A DNA stretch of 64,000 nucleotides from Chiloscyllium plagiosum (lineage: Eukaryota), in the NCBI RefSeq assembly GCF_004010195.1, contig NC_057750.1:15688545-15752544 (forward strand), in the 5' to 3' direction. A program made the position numbers and the translations under genes. The notes beneath the pieces are model-generated. The model saw only the letters and a list, made by a program, of their open reading frames with translations. It searched no databases and was not told the origin of the DNA. Every line of letters begins with the position of its first letter. Positions within the stretch are counted from its first letter, which is position 1. Positions 37,688 to 49,330 of the stretch are shown here, piece after piece.

Positions 37688-37935
37688 GATGGCACAGTGA
37701 CTCAGTGGTTAGCACTGCTGCCTCACAGCGCCAAGGACCAAGGTTCGATTCCAGCCTCAGGTGACTGTCTGTGTGGAGTTTGCACATTCTCCCCGTGTCT
37801 GCATGGGTTTACTCCGGGTCCTCTGGTTTCCTCCCACAATCCAAAGATGTGCAGGTTAGGGTGGATTGGCCATGCTAAATTGCCTGTAGTGTTAGGTGCA
37901 TTAGTCAGAGGGAACTGGGTCTGGGTAGGTTACTC
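37688..37935 (+). mobile_element. HE1-like SINE, followed by a Penelope family-2 tail (37938-38022)
   Basis: A and B boxes plus the conserved body; the tail is replaced by GATGAAGGAGCATCGCTCCAAAAGCTA. Confidence 0.8.
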
Positions 37936-38094
37936 TTTGGATGAAGGAGCATCGCTCCAAAAGCTACTGCTTCCAATTAAACCTGTTGGACTATAACCTG
38001 GTGTTGTGTGATTTTTAACTTTCTCCACATGTGACTCCAGATCCACAGCAATGTGGTTGACACTTAACTGCGCTCTGGATAATTAGGATCTCAA

Positions 38095-39765
38095 AGTATT
38101 TATTGTGGAAAAGGATATGGAAGATATAGACTGTAGGGAAATAGCTGGTGACATCTTGCAAAATGTCCATATTACAGAGGAGAAGTGCTGGATGTCTTGA
38201 AACAGATAAAGGTGGATAAATCCCCAGGACTTGATCGGATGTACCCTAGAACTCTGTGGGAAGCTAGAGAAGTGATTGCTGGGCCTCTTGCTGAGATATT
38301 TGTATCATCAATAGTCACAGGTGAGGTGCCGGAAGACTGGAGGTTGGCTAACGTGGTGCCACTATTTAAGAAGGGTGGTAAGGACAAGCCAGGGAACTAT
38401 AGACCAGTGAGCCTGACGTCGGTGCTGGGCAAGTTGTTGGAGAGAATCCTGAGGGACCAGATGTACATGTATTTGGAAAGGCAAGGACTGATTAGGGATA
38501 GTCAACATGGCTTTGTGTGTGGGAAATCATGTCTCACAACCTTGATTGAGTTTTTTGAGGAAGTAACAGGGAGAATTGATGAGGGCAGAGCGGTAGACGT
38601 GATCTATATGAACGTCAGTAAGGCGTTCAACAAGGTTCCCCATGGGAGACTGATTAGCAAGATTATATCTCACGGAATACAGGGAGAACTAGCCATTTGG
38701 ATACAGAACTGGCTCAAAGATAAAAGGGTTGTTTTTCAGACTGGAGGCCTGTGACCAGTGGAGTGCCACAAGGATCGGTACTGGGTCCTCTACTTTTTGT
38801 CATTTACATAAATGATTTGGATGCGAGCATAAGAGGGACAGTTAGTATGTTTGCAGATGACACCAAAATTGGAGGTGTAGTGGACAGTGAAGAGGGTTAC
38901 CTCAGATTACAATAGGTTCTGGACCAGATGGGCCAATGGGCTGAGAAGTGGCAGTTGGAGTTTAATTCAGATAAATGTGAGGTGCTGCATTTTGGGAAAG
39001 CAAATCTTAGCAGGACTTATACACTTAATGACAAGGTCCTAGGGAGCATTGCTGAACAGAGTCCTTGGTGAGTAGGTTCATAGCTCCTTGAAAGTGGAGT
39101 CGCAGGTAGATAGGATAGTGAAGAAGGCGTTTGGTATGCTTTCCTTTATTGGTCAGAGTATTGAGTACAGGAGTTGGGGGGTCATGTTGCAGCTGTACAG
39201 GACATTGGTTAGGCCACTGTTGGAATATTGCATGCAATTCTGTTCTCCTTTCTATCAGAAAGATGCTGTGAAACTTGAAAGGTTCAGAAAAGATTTACAA
39301 GGATGTTGCCAGGTTTGGAGAATTTGAGCTATAGGAAAGAGGCTGAACAGGCTGGGGTTGTTTTCCCTGGAGCGTCGGAGGCTGAGGGGTGACCTTATAG
39401 AGGTTTACAAAAGTATTAGGGGCATGGATAGGATAAATATACAAAGTCTTTTCCCTGGGGTCAGGGAGTCCAGAACTAGAGGGAATAGGTTTAGGGTAAG
39501 AGGGGAAAGATATAAAAGAGACCTACGGGGCAACTTTTTCCACACAGAGGGTTGTATGTGTATGGAATGAGCTGCCAGAGGAAATCGTGGAGGCTGGTAC
39601 AATTGCAATATTTAGTTGGCATTTGAATGGGTATATGAATAGGAAGGATTTGAAGGGATATGGGTCAGGTGCTGGCAGGTGGGACTAGATTGGGTGGGGA
39701 TATCTGGTCGGCATGGACGGGTTGGACTGAAGGGTCTGTTTCCATGCTGTACATCTCTATGACTC
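38095..39765 (+). mobile_element. CR1 (HER1-like) LINE ORF2, degraded
   Basis: ORF 38185-38754 has KSPG..YPRTL, PGNYRPVSLTSVLGK and QHGFV. An FADDTK motif lies at about 38850, and the CR1 3' tail is present. Confidence 0.92.
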
Positions 39766-40094
39766 TATCAGGATGGGTAATAAATGCTGAATTAACCAGT
39801 GACACTACATCCCATGAAGGAATAAAGAAAAATATATCCCTGTCAAGGTCAACCCTATTGATGCATTTGGGGTCATTTAGTTGGGTAAAGGTGCAATATA
39901 ATTGTGTTGTCCTTGTCCTTGTAAAACCCAAGAATGATGATGTAGTCGTTGCCTGTTGCTAGGTCTGGAAAAATAATCAAGATTGTCAACAGCCCCATCT
40001 GCTGATTGGACATCAGCTCTGCAGCAACTATTCAGATCTTTTCAGACTGTTGTTTGGGTATTATTCAGCTGCTTGTTAAACTGTCACCACCAAA

Positions 40095-40605
40095 TAGCCC
40101 TTACCACCTGTACAATTCTACCTCTTCAATTCCACGTATATAAGATCACCCATACAATCCCACCTAAATAGTTTCATCTGTATAAGTCGACCTGCGCAAT
40201 TCTACTTGTTTAATCAGAACTGCAGAATTCAATCTACATTTTCACCTGCACAATCCCACCTGCCTAATTTCATCTGTACAATTCCATTTGTATAATTTCA
40301 CCTGCACAATTCCATAAGGAGAGTTTCGCTGTACAGTTCTATTTGTATAGTTTCAACTGCACAATTCCTCCTATGTAATTTCACCTGTACAATTCTATTG
40401 GTACAATCTCACCTACACAATCCCACCCGTGTAATTTCACCTGTAGAAAACTATTTTTATAGTTTCACCTGCACAATTCTACTAGCGTAATTTCACCAAA
40501 CAACTCCATTTGTCTAATTTCACCTGCACATTCCATCTTTGTAATCTCGGCTGCACAATTCTACTTGTACGCTTTCACTTGCACGATTCTACCTGTATAA
40601 TTTAC
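40095..40605 (+). repeat. 14-bp tandem repeat with a 28-bp higher-order period
   Basis: Alternating AATTTCACCTGCAC and AATTCYAYYTGTAT-type units, about 35 monomers. Confidence 0.8.
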
Positions 40606-40633
40606 ATTCAGCCATTCACACATGGATCAACCA

Positions 40634-40705
40634 CTGCCTGTCGGGAAATTTTCTGCTGGTCTCCAGCTTGACAGGCAGGGATACTAACCACAATACTAAC
40701 CCAGA
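40634..40705 (-). pseudogene. tRNA-Asp(GTC) pseudogene
   Basis: The minus strand reads TCTGGGTTAGTATTGTGGTTAGTATCCCTGCCTGTCAAGCTGGAGACCAGCAGAAAATTTCCCGACAGGCAG (72 nt), collinear with vertebrate tRNA-Asp. The T-arm (B box) and acceptor stem are destroyed. Confidence 0.75.
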
Positions 40706-41546
40706 ACTTCCTAAATGAAATAGTGAACTGTAGATATTTCTAATCAACCTGTTCAGAGATGTTACTACACACCCCTAAAACAAATGGGATGTGAACCAGG
40801 GTCTTCTGGCTCAGAGTTATGGACATACCACTGGATCACATAAACTCCTCACTACACTGAATTGTATTATAAATTCCACAGAATATCTGGAAGGTACATC
40901 TGGAAGCTCGGTGTGTGACCTAATCCAGGTGTCTAAATGAGTTACTAGGTTACATCAAGAGCTACTATTTTTTCAGGCAGAAGAGTTTGAAATAAAGACA
41001 TATAAACCCTTCAATTAGAGTTCTGAGAATGATGTCAGGAAACACCTCTTCATACAAAAGCTGAATAGAAATCTGAAACTTTCTCTACCAAATAAGCAAT
41101 TGAGACTAGAGGTTAATTGGTGCTGTCAACACTATAATTGACAGGTAGCTGTTCAACAAAGAGTATTAAAAAGCTCTGGATCCAAGACTGGTACACAGGG
41201 TTGAGATACAGTTCAGATATGAACTAATTGAGTAACAGAGCAGGCTTGAAGGACCAAATGGCCTCCTCCTATTCCGACATCGGGACCCACAGAACCTTAG
41301 TAAACATTGGTATTTATTCAGTTTTACTCAATCCCTTCTCTTCCTCCTGTTTTAATCTTCTTCCTCTTATTGTCAAAATTGTTTGGCAACACAAAGAACC
41401 TTGGATCATTTTAGGTTTATCTAAGATGAATTGTTGCTGTATCAGATTTGAAGGGAAACCATTGGAAAGACCCCCAATTCTGACCCAGACGGCTTTTTGT
41501 TTTGACATCTATGCACTAATATTCTCCTTTTCTCCTTTCACCACAG

Positions 41547-42679
41547 AACCATACATCCAGTCCCGCTTTTACCGTTCGCCCGAGATTCTCCTTGGTCTTC
41601 CCTTCTGTGAAAAGGTGGACATGTGGTCCCTTGGCTGTGTGATGGCGGAACTGCACCTGGGTTGGCCCCTTTACCCCGGCAACAGTGAGTACGACCAGAT
41701 CAGGTACATTGTTGAGACACAAGGGCTGCCCAAGGACCATCTCCTGAATGCAGCGACCAAGGCCAACCACTTCTTCAGAAGGAACCCTCGGCAGAACTCT
41801 GCCCACCAGTGGCAGCTCAAGTGTGCCACTGACTACCAGGCCGAAACCATGGTCCAACCACTGGAGAGACGGAAATATGTGCTAAAGTCCTTGGACCAAC
41901 TGGAGACTATTAACATCACCAAGGCCGTCTTCCCAGATGATGAGGTCATTGCTGAGTTTCACGATCGCAAAAATATGGTGGAGCTTATCAAAAGAATGCT
42001 TACCTTGGACTCCCACGAGCGTATCACACCCAGTGCGGCGCTGAAGCATCCCTTTGTCACCGTACAGCAGCTCAAAATGACCCACGAGCACACCAAATAT
42101 TACGACCTATCAATCCAGGGCCTCAACGCAGCTCTGAACTGTGACAAGAGGCTGTTGACTGACCGCCACTACTTCAACATGGCTGATGAGGTCTACTACC
42201 CAAACTCCGATTACTACGAGTGCCGGCAGTCCCACCACATCCCCAGCATAAGCTTGATGCAGAGGGCCATTGACAAGATGGACAGCTTGACCATTGAGGA
42301 GCCGGGAGCCCTGAGCATGTGGCCTGAGGGAGCAGGGAATGCGGGCTACCAGCCTTCCACCTCAAAGGTGGGCAGTTCCACCTGCCTGCCCCATTCATAT
42401 CACCAGGGTGCTTGTTGTAGGGCACATCGGCACAGGAAAGACCCTGCCATGGGCTATTACACCAACCGATGTGGAATAAAGCAGCGGAAGGCTCCTCACC
42501 ATTCTCAATCAGATCCCAGCTTTGGAAATGTGATCCTGCTGGGGCAGGAACCTCCTACGGAGGCCATCAACTGGGAGGAGGAAGAAACAGAGGCCATCTT
42601 CTCCACAGCCTCGTCATCAGCCCAGGAGGCAAACCGACCTGAGGAGCTGCTGAAAACCAGAGAGCCTTCAGGTCCCGAG
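41547..42679 (+). CDS. HIPK4: HIPK4 second coding exon (activation loop, C-lobe, C-terminal region)
   Basis: A polypyrimidine tract and CCACAG|AA acceptor complete codon GAA with exon 1, giving the HIPK4 signature VRYVK-EPYIQSRFYR..PFCEKVDMWSLGC..ELIKRMLT. The 3' end is set at the putative donor GAG|GTAAAC (42679). The alternative is read-through to a stop at 42835. Confidence 0.93.
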
Positions 42680-42894
42680 GTAAACCCGGTGAAAGCATGT
42701 GGCAACTGTGGGGTGCCACCAAGGTTTTCAGGCGGCAACCAGCTCTACAAACGGTTAATCGAGTACTTTATTGGCAAAGTTGCAGCGGGTAAATACTGCA
42801 AAATTGAGCAGATGTTTGGGTTTGGGAAAAAATGAAACTGGAGCTAAAGTTTTCAGGGGTCTTTTTTTGTTTCTTCACTGGGCAGCAGGAGTGG

Positions 42895-43450
42895 ACAGTG
42901 AACACACTGGCATTAATATAGCAACAATGCTACAGTGGTCCAGAATATGCTAGCATTAGCACAGGGTATGGACCAGAGGTGGTGATGAGCAGTCTGGCGT
43001 TAATGCACAATTGGCACCAGACTGGGTAATGGACATACTGGCATTAATACAGCACTGCCTCCAGGCTGGGTAATGGACACACTAGTTCTAATGCTGGACG
43101 GGTACCAACTGGGTAATGGACACACATATTAATGCACAACTGACACCAGACTGGCAAATAAACACTGGTATTAATATAGGATTGCATAGCAAACACGATG
43201 AAACTAATATAGGACTGGTACTATATACTGGTATGAAGACAGGACTGATATTGACATGGGTCAGAGTGGTGCTGGAAAAGCACAGCAGGTCAGGCAGCAA
43301 TCAAGGAGCAGGAAAAGCGACATTTTGAGCAAAACCCTTAATCAGGAATTGACAAGGATACCAAATACAATCATATTAATACAGAATGAGTACTAGAGTG
43401 GCATCTGAGCACACTGGCACTAATACTGAGCTGGTACTAGAGTGGGTAAT
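42895..43450 (+). repeat. ~44-bp degenerate tandem repeat, interrupted by a Penelope tail (43261-43350, -)
   Basis: The unit is about ACTGGCATTAATACAGCACTGCCTCCAGGCTGGGTAATGGACAC. CTGGGTAATGGACA recurs near 43022, 43066 and 43109. Confidence 0.7.
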
Positions 43451-45036
43451 AGAGTCATAGAGCACAGAAACAGAGCCTTCGGTGGGCACAGATATATCAG
43501 TGCATCTTTCATCTCACTGAATTAGTCTGATCATTCAAATAGTTTGTGTTTAATGTATGCCTCAATCCGATTTCACAATGTTCTTCTCACCTCCACCCAA
43601 CATGCAGTTTCCAGCTGCCAAAAAACAGCTACTGCCCTTTGGGAGAGAAATGTTTATCAGTTCTGTCAGTCTTTGTCTAAAAAAAATCACCTCCAGTAAG
43701 ACTCTTTCTTGTTCTGGATCACGAGCTTAATAGCTTCACTGTAAATCTTTTCATTATTTTAAGCACCTCAACCAGATCATCCTTCAAGCTTTTAAACTCA
43801 GGTTCCTGTAATGTTGCTTTATACCTTAACACTTTAAACTCTGCTATCAATTTGGTCAATCTGCAGTGTTCCCCGTCCACAGCTAATGTGGGCCCAGAGC
43901 TGAACATGAGAACAGTAGGAAAGAGGAACAGGAGTAGGCCATTCAGTCCTTCAAAACTGATCCAACATTCAATTGTCATTGCTGACCTTCCACATCAGTA
44001 TAGTTCTTGCTGAGTAAACAAAACTCCCTACAGTTGAACATCTCTTTTATATTCTGCTACTTTGTGATAAAGATCAACATTTCATGATCTTCTCTGAATA
44101 TGTGTTGACTCTGTGCATGAGGAATTAGTGTGTTGTATACATAGATATCCAAACCATTTTGTTCCTCCATAGCTTTTGCAATTAAGAAATCATTTCCTGA
44201 AATGTTCAATGGCATAAGATGTTTGGAATTGGATACCTCGTTTATCCACGTTTGAGACAAACTTTGGTTGCTTATTGCTCAAACTGGACAATAGGGGGAA
44301 CTTAGCAATCATAGGAACAGGAGTGGAGCACTCAGACCCTTGAGCTTTTTTTTCCAAAAAATCATCTAGGACATGTGAATTTTGCTGATACAATTTATTG
44401 CCCAAGCCTTGGAGATTGTGGTCAGCTGCCTTCAAGAATCGTCGCAGTCCAGGGGTTGTGGGTACATCCACAGTGCTGTTAGAGAGGGAGATCCAGGTGT
44501 TTAACCCACTGATACTGAAGAAATGATGATATACTTCCAAGTCAGAATGATATGTGGCTTGGAGGGTTACTTGTAGTTGGTGGTGCTTTCAGGTTTCTGC
44601 TGCCCTTGACCAAGTCATGGGTTTGGAAGATGTTATTATCGAAGGAGTTTTGGTGAATTGTTGCAATGCAGCATTTGATAATACACCCTGTCGCCACTAT
44701 ATGTCAGTGGTGGAGAGAGTGAATGTCCCTAAAATCCATTCGAGTGCAATGTGTCCAAACTTGTTACTCCACAAATTCTTATACATTACAATCTGACACA
44801 ATATCAGTCTCCATATCTCAGTGTAGACTATTTATAACTACTTTTTATTTCTCATACCATTAGCTTTACAAAGCACAAAAACACTTTAATATTTTAAATA
44901 ATTTATCTCAAGCTTGCAACTAAAAGGATTGGAAGTGTAACATGAGTTTGTACACACGGATGGTCCAAAGATCGTGAAGCAAGGATTCATTATGATGATC
45001 TGATGCCAGTGGAATTAATTTAATAAAAGAACTCAC

Positions 45037-45232
45037 CTACTTAAATAGCAATCACTTGCCTTCCCAAGTTCCGACCTCACTTCCGCCCAGTTCCCGCTGC
45101 TCTCTGCTGTAAAAAAGACTGCTGGCTTCAATGTAACTACTTAAATAGCAATCACTTGCCTTCCCAACAGCCTCCTTGCTCTGACCTCACTTCTGCCCAG
45201 CTTCCGCTGCTCTCTGCTGTTAAAAATAACTG
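45037..45232. repeat. ~100-bp direct duplication, possibly a LINE 5' terminal tandem repeat
   Basis: CTACTTAAATAGCAATCACTTGCCTTCCCAA...CCGCTGCTCTCTGCTGT occurs at 45037 and 45137. Confidence 0.7.
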
Positions 45233-46039
45233 AAGAGATTTCAGAGAGAAAGTTAGTCAGGAATCATCTGCTGAAGTTTTCAACCTTTCCTGTACAGTAG
45301 CATCTTGTGACTGCCACAACTAAACCAAACTAGAAAAAAAAAACTGAACTGGGAGAACTGGCCACTCCAGTACTATTGTTAAACTGGGCTCTTTCTAGAC
45401 CCCTTGGCACCTCTGCCTTTACAATCTCTCTTAAAAAAAAACTCAAGGACAAAATAACCTTGTTAAAGGGACAGCAGTGTCACACTGGAGTCAACAGAGT
45501 GAACATTCTCTGATCTTCTTTCAATATACATATGCCCTTCCTGAAGTAGTGAACAAAACTATACTTTGCGGTCTCAGAGTAATCTCACCAAACCTCTGTG
45601 GAGTTGCAGCAACATTTCCCTGCTTTCATATTCCATCCACCTTGGAATAAAGGCTAGCATTTCATTTGTCTCCTCATTACTTGTTGCACCTGCGCACTAA
45701 CTTGGTTTTGTGATTCTTGTACAAAGACAGCCAAATCTCCCAGACCTCAGAGTCATAGAGATGTACAGCATGGAAACAGACCCTTCTGGCTTTCTATTCT
45801 TTTCATCAAAGTGGATAAGGGTACTTTTATTTTCCACATTATTTTGCCCATTCATTTAAGCTACATGTATCTCTTTGTATTCTCTTCAAACTTGATTTCC
45901 TACCAGTCTTTGTTTCATTAGCAAATTTGGCCACAGTACAGCCAGTCCAATCATCCAAACCATGAATATTGATCATAAATAATTGAGGTCCCAGAACTGA
46001 TCACTGTGAAATGATCCTCTAGTTACAGCTTGCCAAGAG

Positions 46040-48517
46040 GAAGTGAGGACTGCAGATGCTGGAGAGTCAGAGTCGAAAAGTATGGTGCTGGAAAAACACA
46101 CAAGGTCAGGCAGCGTCCAAGGAGCAGGAGAGTCAATGTTCCAGACATAAGGCCTTCATCAGGAATGTAGGGAGAGAAGGGGGCTGAGAGATAAATAGGA
46201 GGGTGCAGTAGGACTTTGGAGGGGTGGGGGGTTGAATCTGGGATGAGGAGGGGTGATTTGGAAACTAGTGAAGTCGACATTGCTGCCATGTGGTTGAAGG
46301 GCCCCAAGACAGAAGATAAGGTGTTCTTCCTCCAGTCATCAGGTGGCTTGGATTTGGCGGTGGAGGAGCCCCAAGTCTTCCATGCCCTTGGTGGGGTGGA
46401 AAGGGGAGTCAAAGCGATTGGCCACTACCCTCCCGGGTGAATAAATTCCATACATGTTGCGACGTTGAACCTTTCTTCTACTACCGCTGCCTCAGTGCTT
46501 ACTTTTTCAATCGTGAATCCCACCCACCCCCCCGAGGACCCCAAAGGTAGTTTGGCGCACTGACCTCTACAGCTGCCAACTCTCAGAAATCTCCTTGTAC
46601 TGCCTCCTCGACCATGATCTCACTTCCCATCACCAAACCAACATCTCCCAGACCATCTACAACCTCATCATCTCAGGGGATCTCTCATCATCAGCCTCGA
46701 ACCTCATAGCTCCACAACTTCGCTCCACTCTGTTCTACCTCTTACCCAAAATCCACAAACCTGACTGCCATAGTCAACCTATTGTCTCTGCTTGCTCCTG
46801 AACTTACCTCCTCACATCTCGGCACCATCCTGTCTCCCTTGGTCCGGGGAACTCCCCACATACATTCAGAACATCACCCATGCCCTCCACCTCTTCCCTG
46901 ACTTTTGTTTCCACGGCCTCCAATGCCTCGTCTTTACCATGCACATCCAGTCCCTTATACACATCTATCTGCCATGGTGAAGGCCTCCAAGCCCTCAATT
47001 TCCTCTCTCCCGCTAACCCAACCAGTACCACTCTATCAACACACTAATTTGATTGGCAGAACTGGTCTTCATCCTCAACAATTTTTCCTTCAAATCCTCC
47101 CACTTCCTTCAGACCAAAGGGGTAGCCATTAGCACCTGCATGGGCCCCAGCTATGCCTGCCTCTTCATAGGATACATGCTACAGTCCATCTTCCGCAGTT
47201 ATGCTGGCACCATCACCACTACTTCCTCTGCTACATTGATGACTGCATGGCGCCACCTTGTGCTTCCTTAGTTCATCAATTTCACTAACACCTTCCATCA
47301 TGACCTTAAGTTCACCTGGACCAGCTTAGATACCTTCCTGGACCTCTCCATCTCCATCTCTGGCAATAGACTCAACATGGGCATCTATTTTAAATCCACT
47401 GACTCCCGCAGCTACCTGCACTACACCTTCTCCCTCCCCCATCTCCTGTAAAAACACAATTCCTTACTCCCAATTCCTCTGCCGTATCTGCTCTTGGGAC
47501 GAGTAATTCCACTCCAGGACCTCCCAGTTGGTCTCCTATTTTCAGAACTGCAATTTCCCTTCCCATGTGATCAACAGTAACCTCCAGCGCATCTTCACCA
47601 CTTCCCCCACCTCTGCTCTTGAACCCCACCGGTCCAACCACAACAAGGATAGAACATCCCTGGTCCTCACCTTTCACCTCACTAATATCCAGATACAGGA
47701 CATTATCCTCCTCAATTTCTGCCACCAACAATCAGACCCCACCCTTATCTGCATTCTGCAGAGACTATTCCCTTTGTGACTGCATTAGGTCCACGACCCC
47801 CACCAATCCATCCTCCACACCGGCATTTTCCCTTGCCACAAGAGACATAAACCTGCGCCTACACCTGCCCCCCTTACCTCTGTCCAAGGCCCCAAAAGGA
47901 TCTTTTCACATCTGGCAGAGATTTTCCTACACATCCATCCACCTCATCTATTGTGTCCATTGCTCTAGATGTGGTTTTCTTTACACTGGGGGGACAGAAT
48001 GCCAACTCGTGAAGTGTTTCAGGAAACATCTCTGGGACACAGACACCCAACAACCCCATCATCCTGTGGCCGACCACTTTAATTCCCCCTCCTACTTCAC
48101 CAAGGACGTAAACATTCTGAACCTCCTCCACCACCAAATCAAAGCCACCTGATGACGAGAGGAAGAATACCTCATCTTCTGCCTTAGGGTCCTTCAACCA
48201 CATGGCATCCACATCAATTTCACTAATTTCCAAATCTCCATTCCCCCACCACCTCATCCCAGATCCAATCCCTCCAACTCGACTCCACCCTCTTGACTGT
48301 TCATCTTCCTTCCTACCTATCGGCTCCACCTTCCCCACCAACCTACCACCACCCCCCCCACCCCCACATGCATCCACCTATCACCTTCCCAGTTACCTTG
48401 CCCCAGCCATATCCCCACCCTCCTATTTATCTCTGAGCCTCCTTTCCTCCCACATTCCTGTTGAAGGACTTATGCCAAAAACATTGATTCTCCTGCTCCT
48501 TGGATGCTGCCTGACAA
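46040..48517 (+). mobile_element. Penelope-like element (RT + GIY-YIG, degraded) with an inverted copy of its 3' end at 46040-46427
   Basis: FYLLPKIHKP, GVAISTCMGPSYACLF and LIYCVHCSRCGFLYTG motifs. 46040-46427 is the reverse complement of about 48065-48517. Confidence 0.85.
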
Positions 48518-48999
48518 CCTGAAAATGACCCAATAATCTTTTTTTCTTCTCTTACTGTTTCACATTTGTTGCACATCCTAGTTGTCCTTGACCTGAGTGT
48601 CTTGCTTGGCCATTTCAGAGTCAACCATATTGCTGAGTCTGGAGTCACATGTAGGCCAGACCAGGTAAGGATGGCAGATTTCCTGCATTAAAGAATTTTA
48701 ATGAACCAGATAGATTTTTACAACTGATGGTGCACTAGCTCCAGATATATTGGCTGAATTTATATTCCAGCAGCTATCACAATGCGGTTTGAATTCCTAC
48801 ACCCAAAGTACTTAAACTTCTCAATGGCTAGCCCAGATTACTAGCTCAGCAAGATTACCACTCCATCACCACCTCCCCTCACCTTGTGGAAATCCTATTG
48901 CATAAATCTACCAGCTCTCCTTTATTGATCCTACTTGTTACATCCTCAAATATCTAATCAATTTGTACAGCATAATTTCCTTTTCATTGAAGCATGCTG

Positions 49000-49330
49000 G
49001 TAGGGCAGCATAGTGACTCAATGGTTAACACTGCTGCCCCACAGCACCAGGCAAGCGGATTTGATTTCAGCCTTGGGTAATTGTCTATGTGGAGTTTGCA
49101 AGTTCCCCCTTTGTCTGCACGGGTTTCTGTCAATGCTCCAGTTTCTTCCCACGGTCCAAGGATGTGCATTTTAGGCGGATTGGCTATGCTAACTCTCCCA
49201 CAGCACTCAGGGAAGTACAGGCTATGTAGGCTAGCTATGGTAAATGCAGGATTACCAGAATAAGATGGGATGCTCTTCTGACAGTCGATAGGCCAAATGG
49301 CCTCTTTCTGCACTTCAGGGGTTCTATGAC
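49000..49330 (+). mobile_element. HE1-like SINE, diverged
   Basis: tRNA-like head and a CR1-type tail GGCCAAATGGCCTCTTTCTGCAC. Confidence 0.7.

Noticed and set aside
41228..41546. N-terminal ~106 aa of the 535-aa ORF
   Set aside because: Intronic read-through. HIPK4 homology starts exactly at the splice acceptor (41547).
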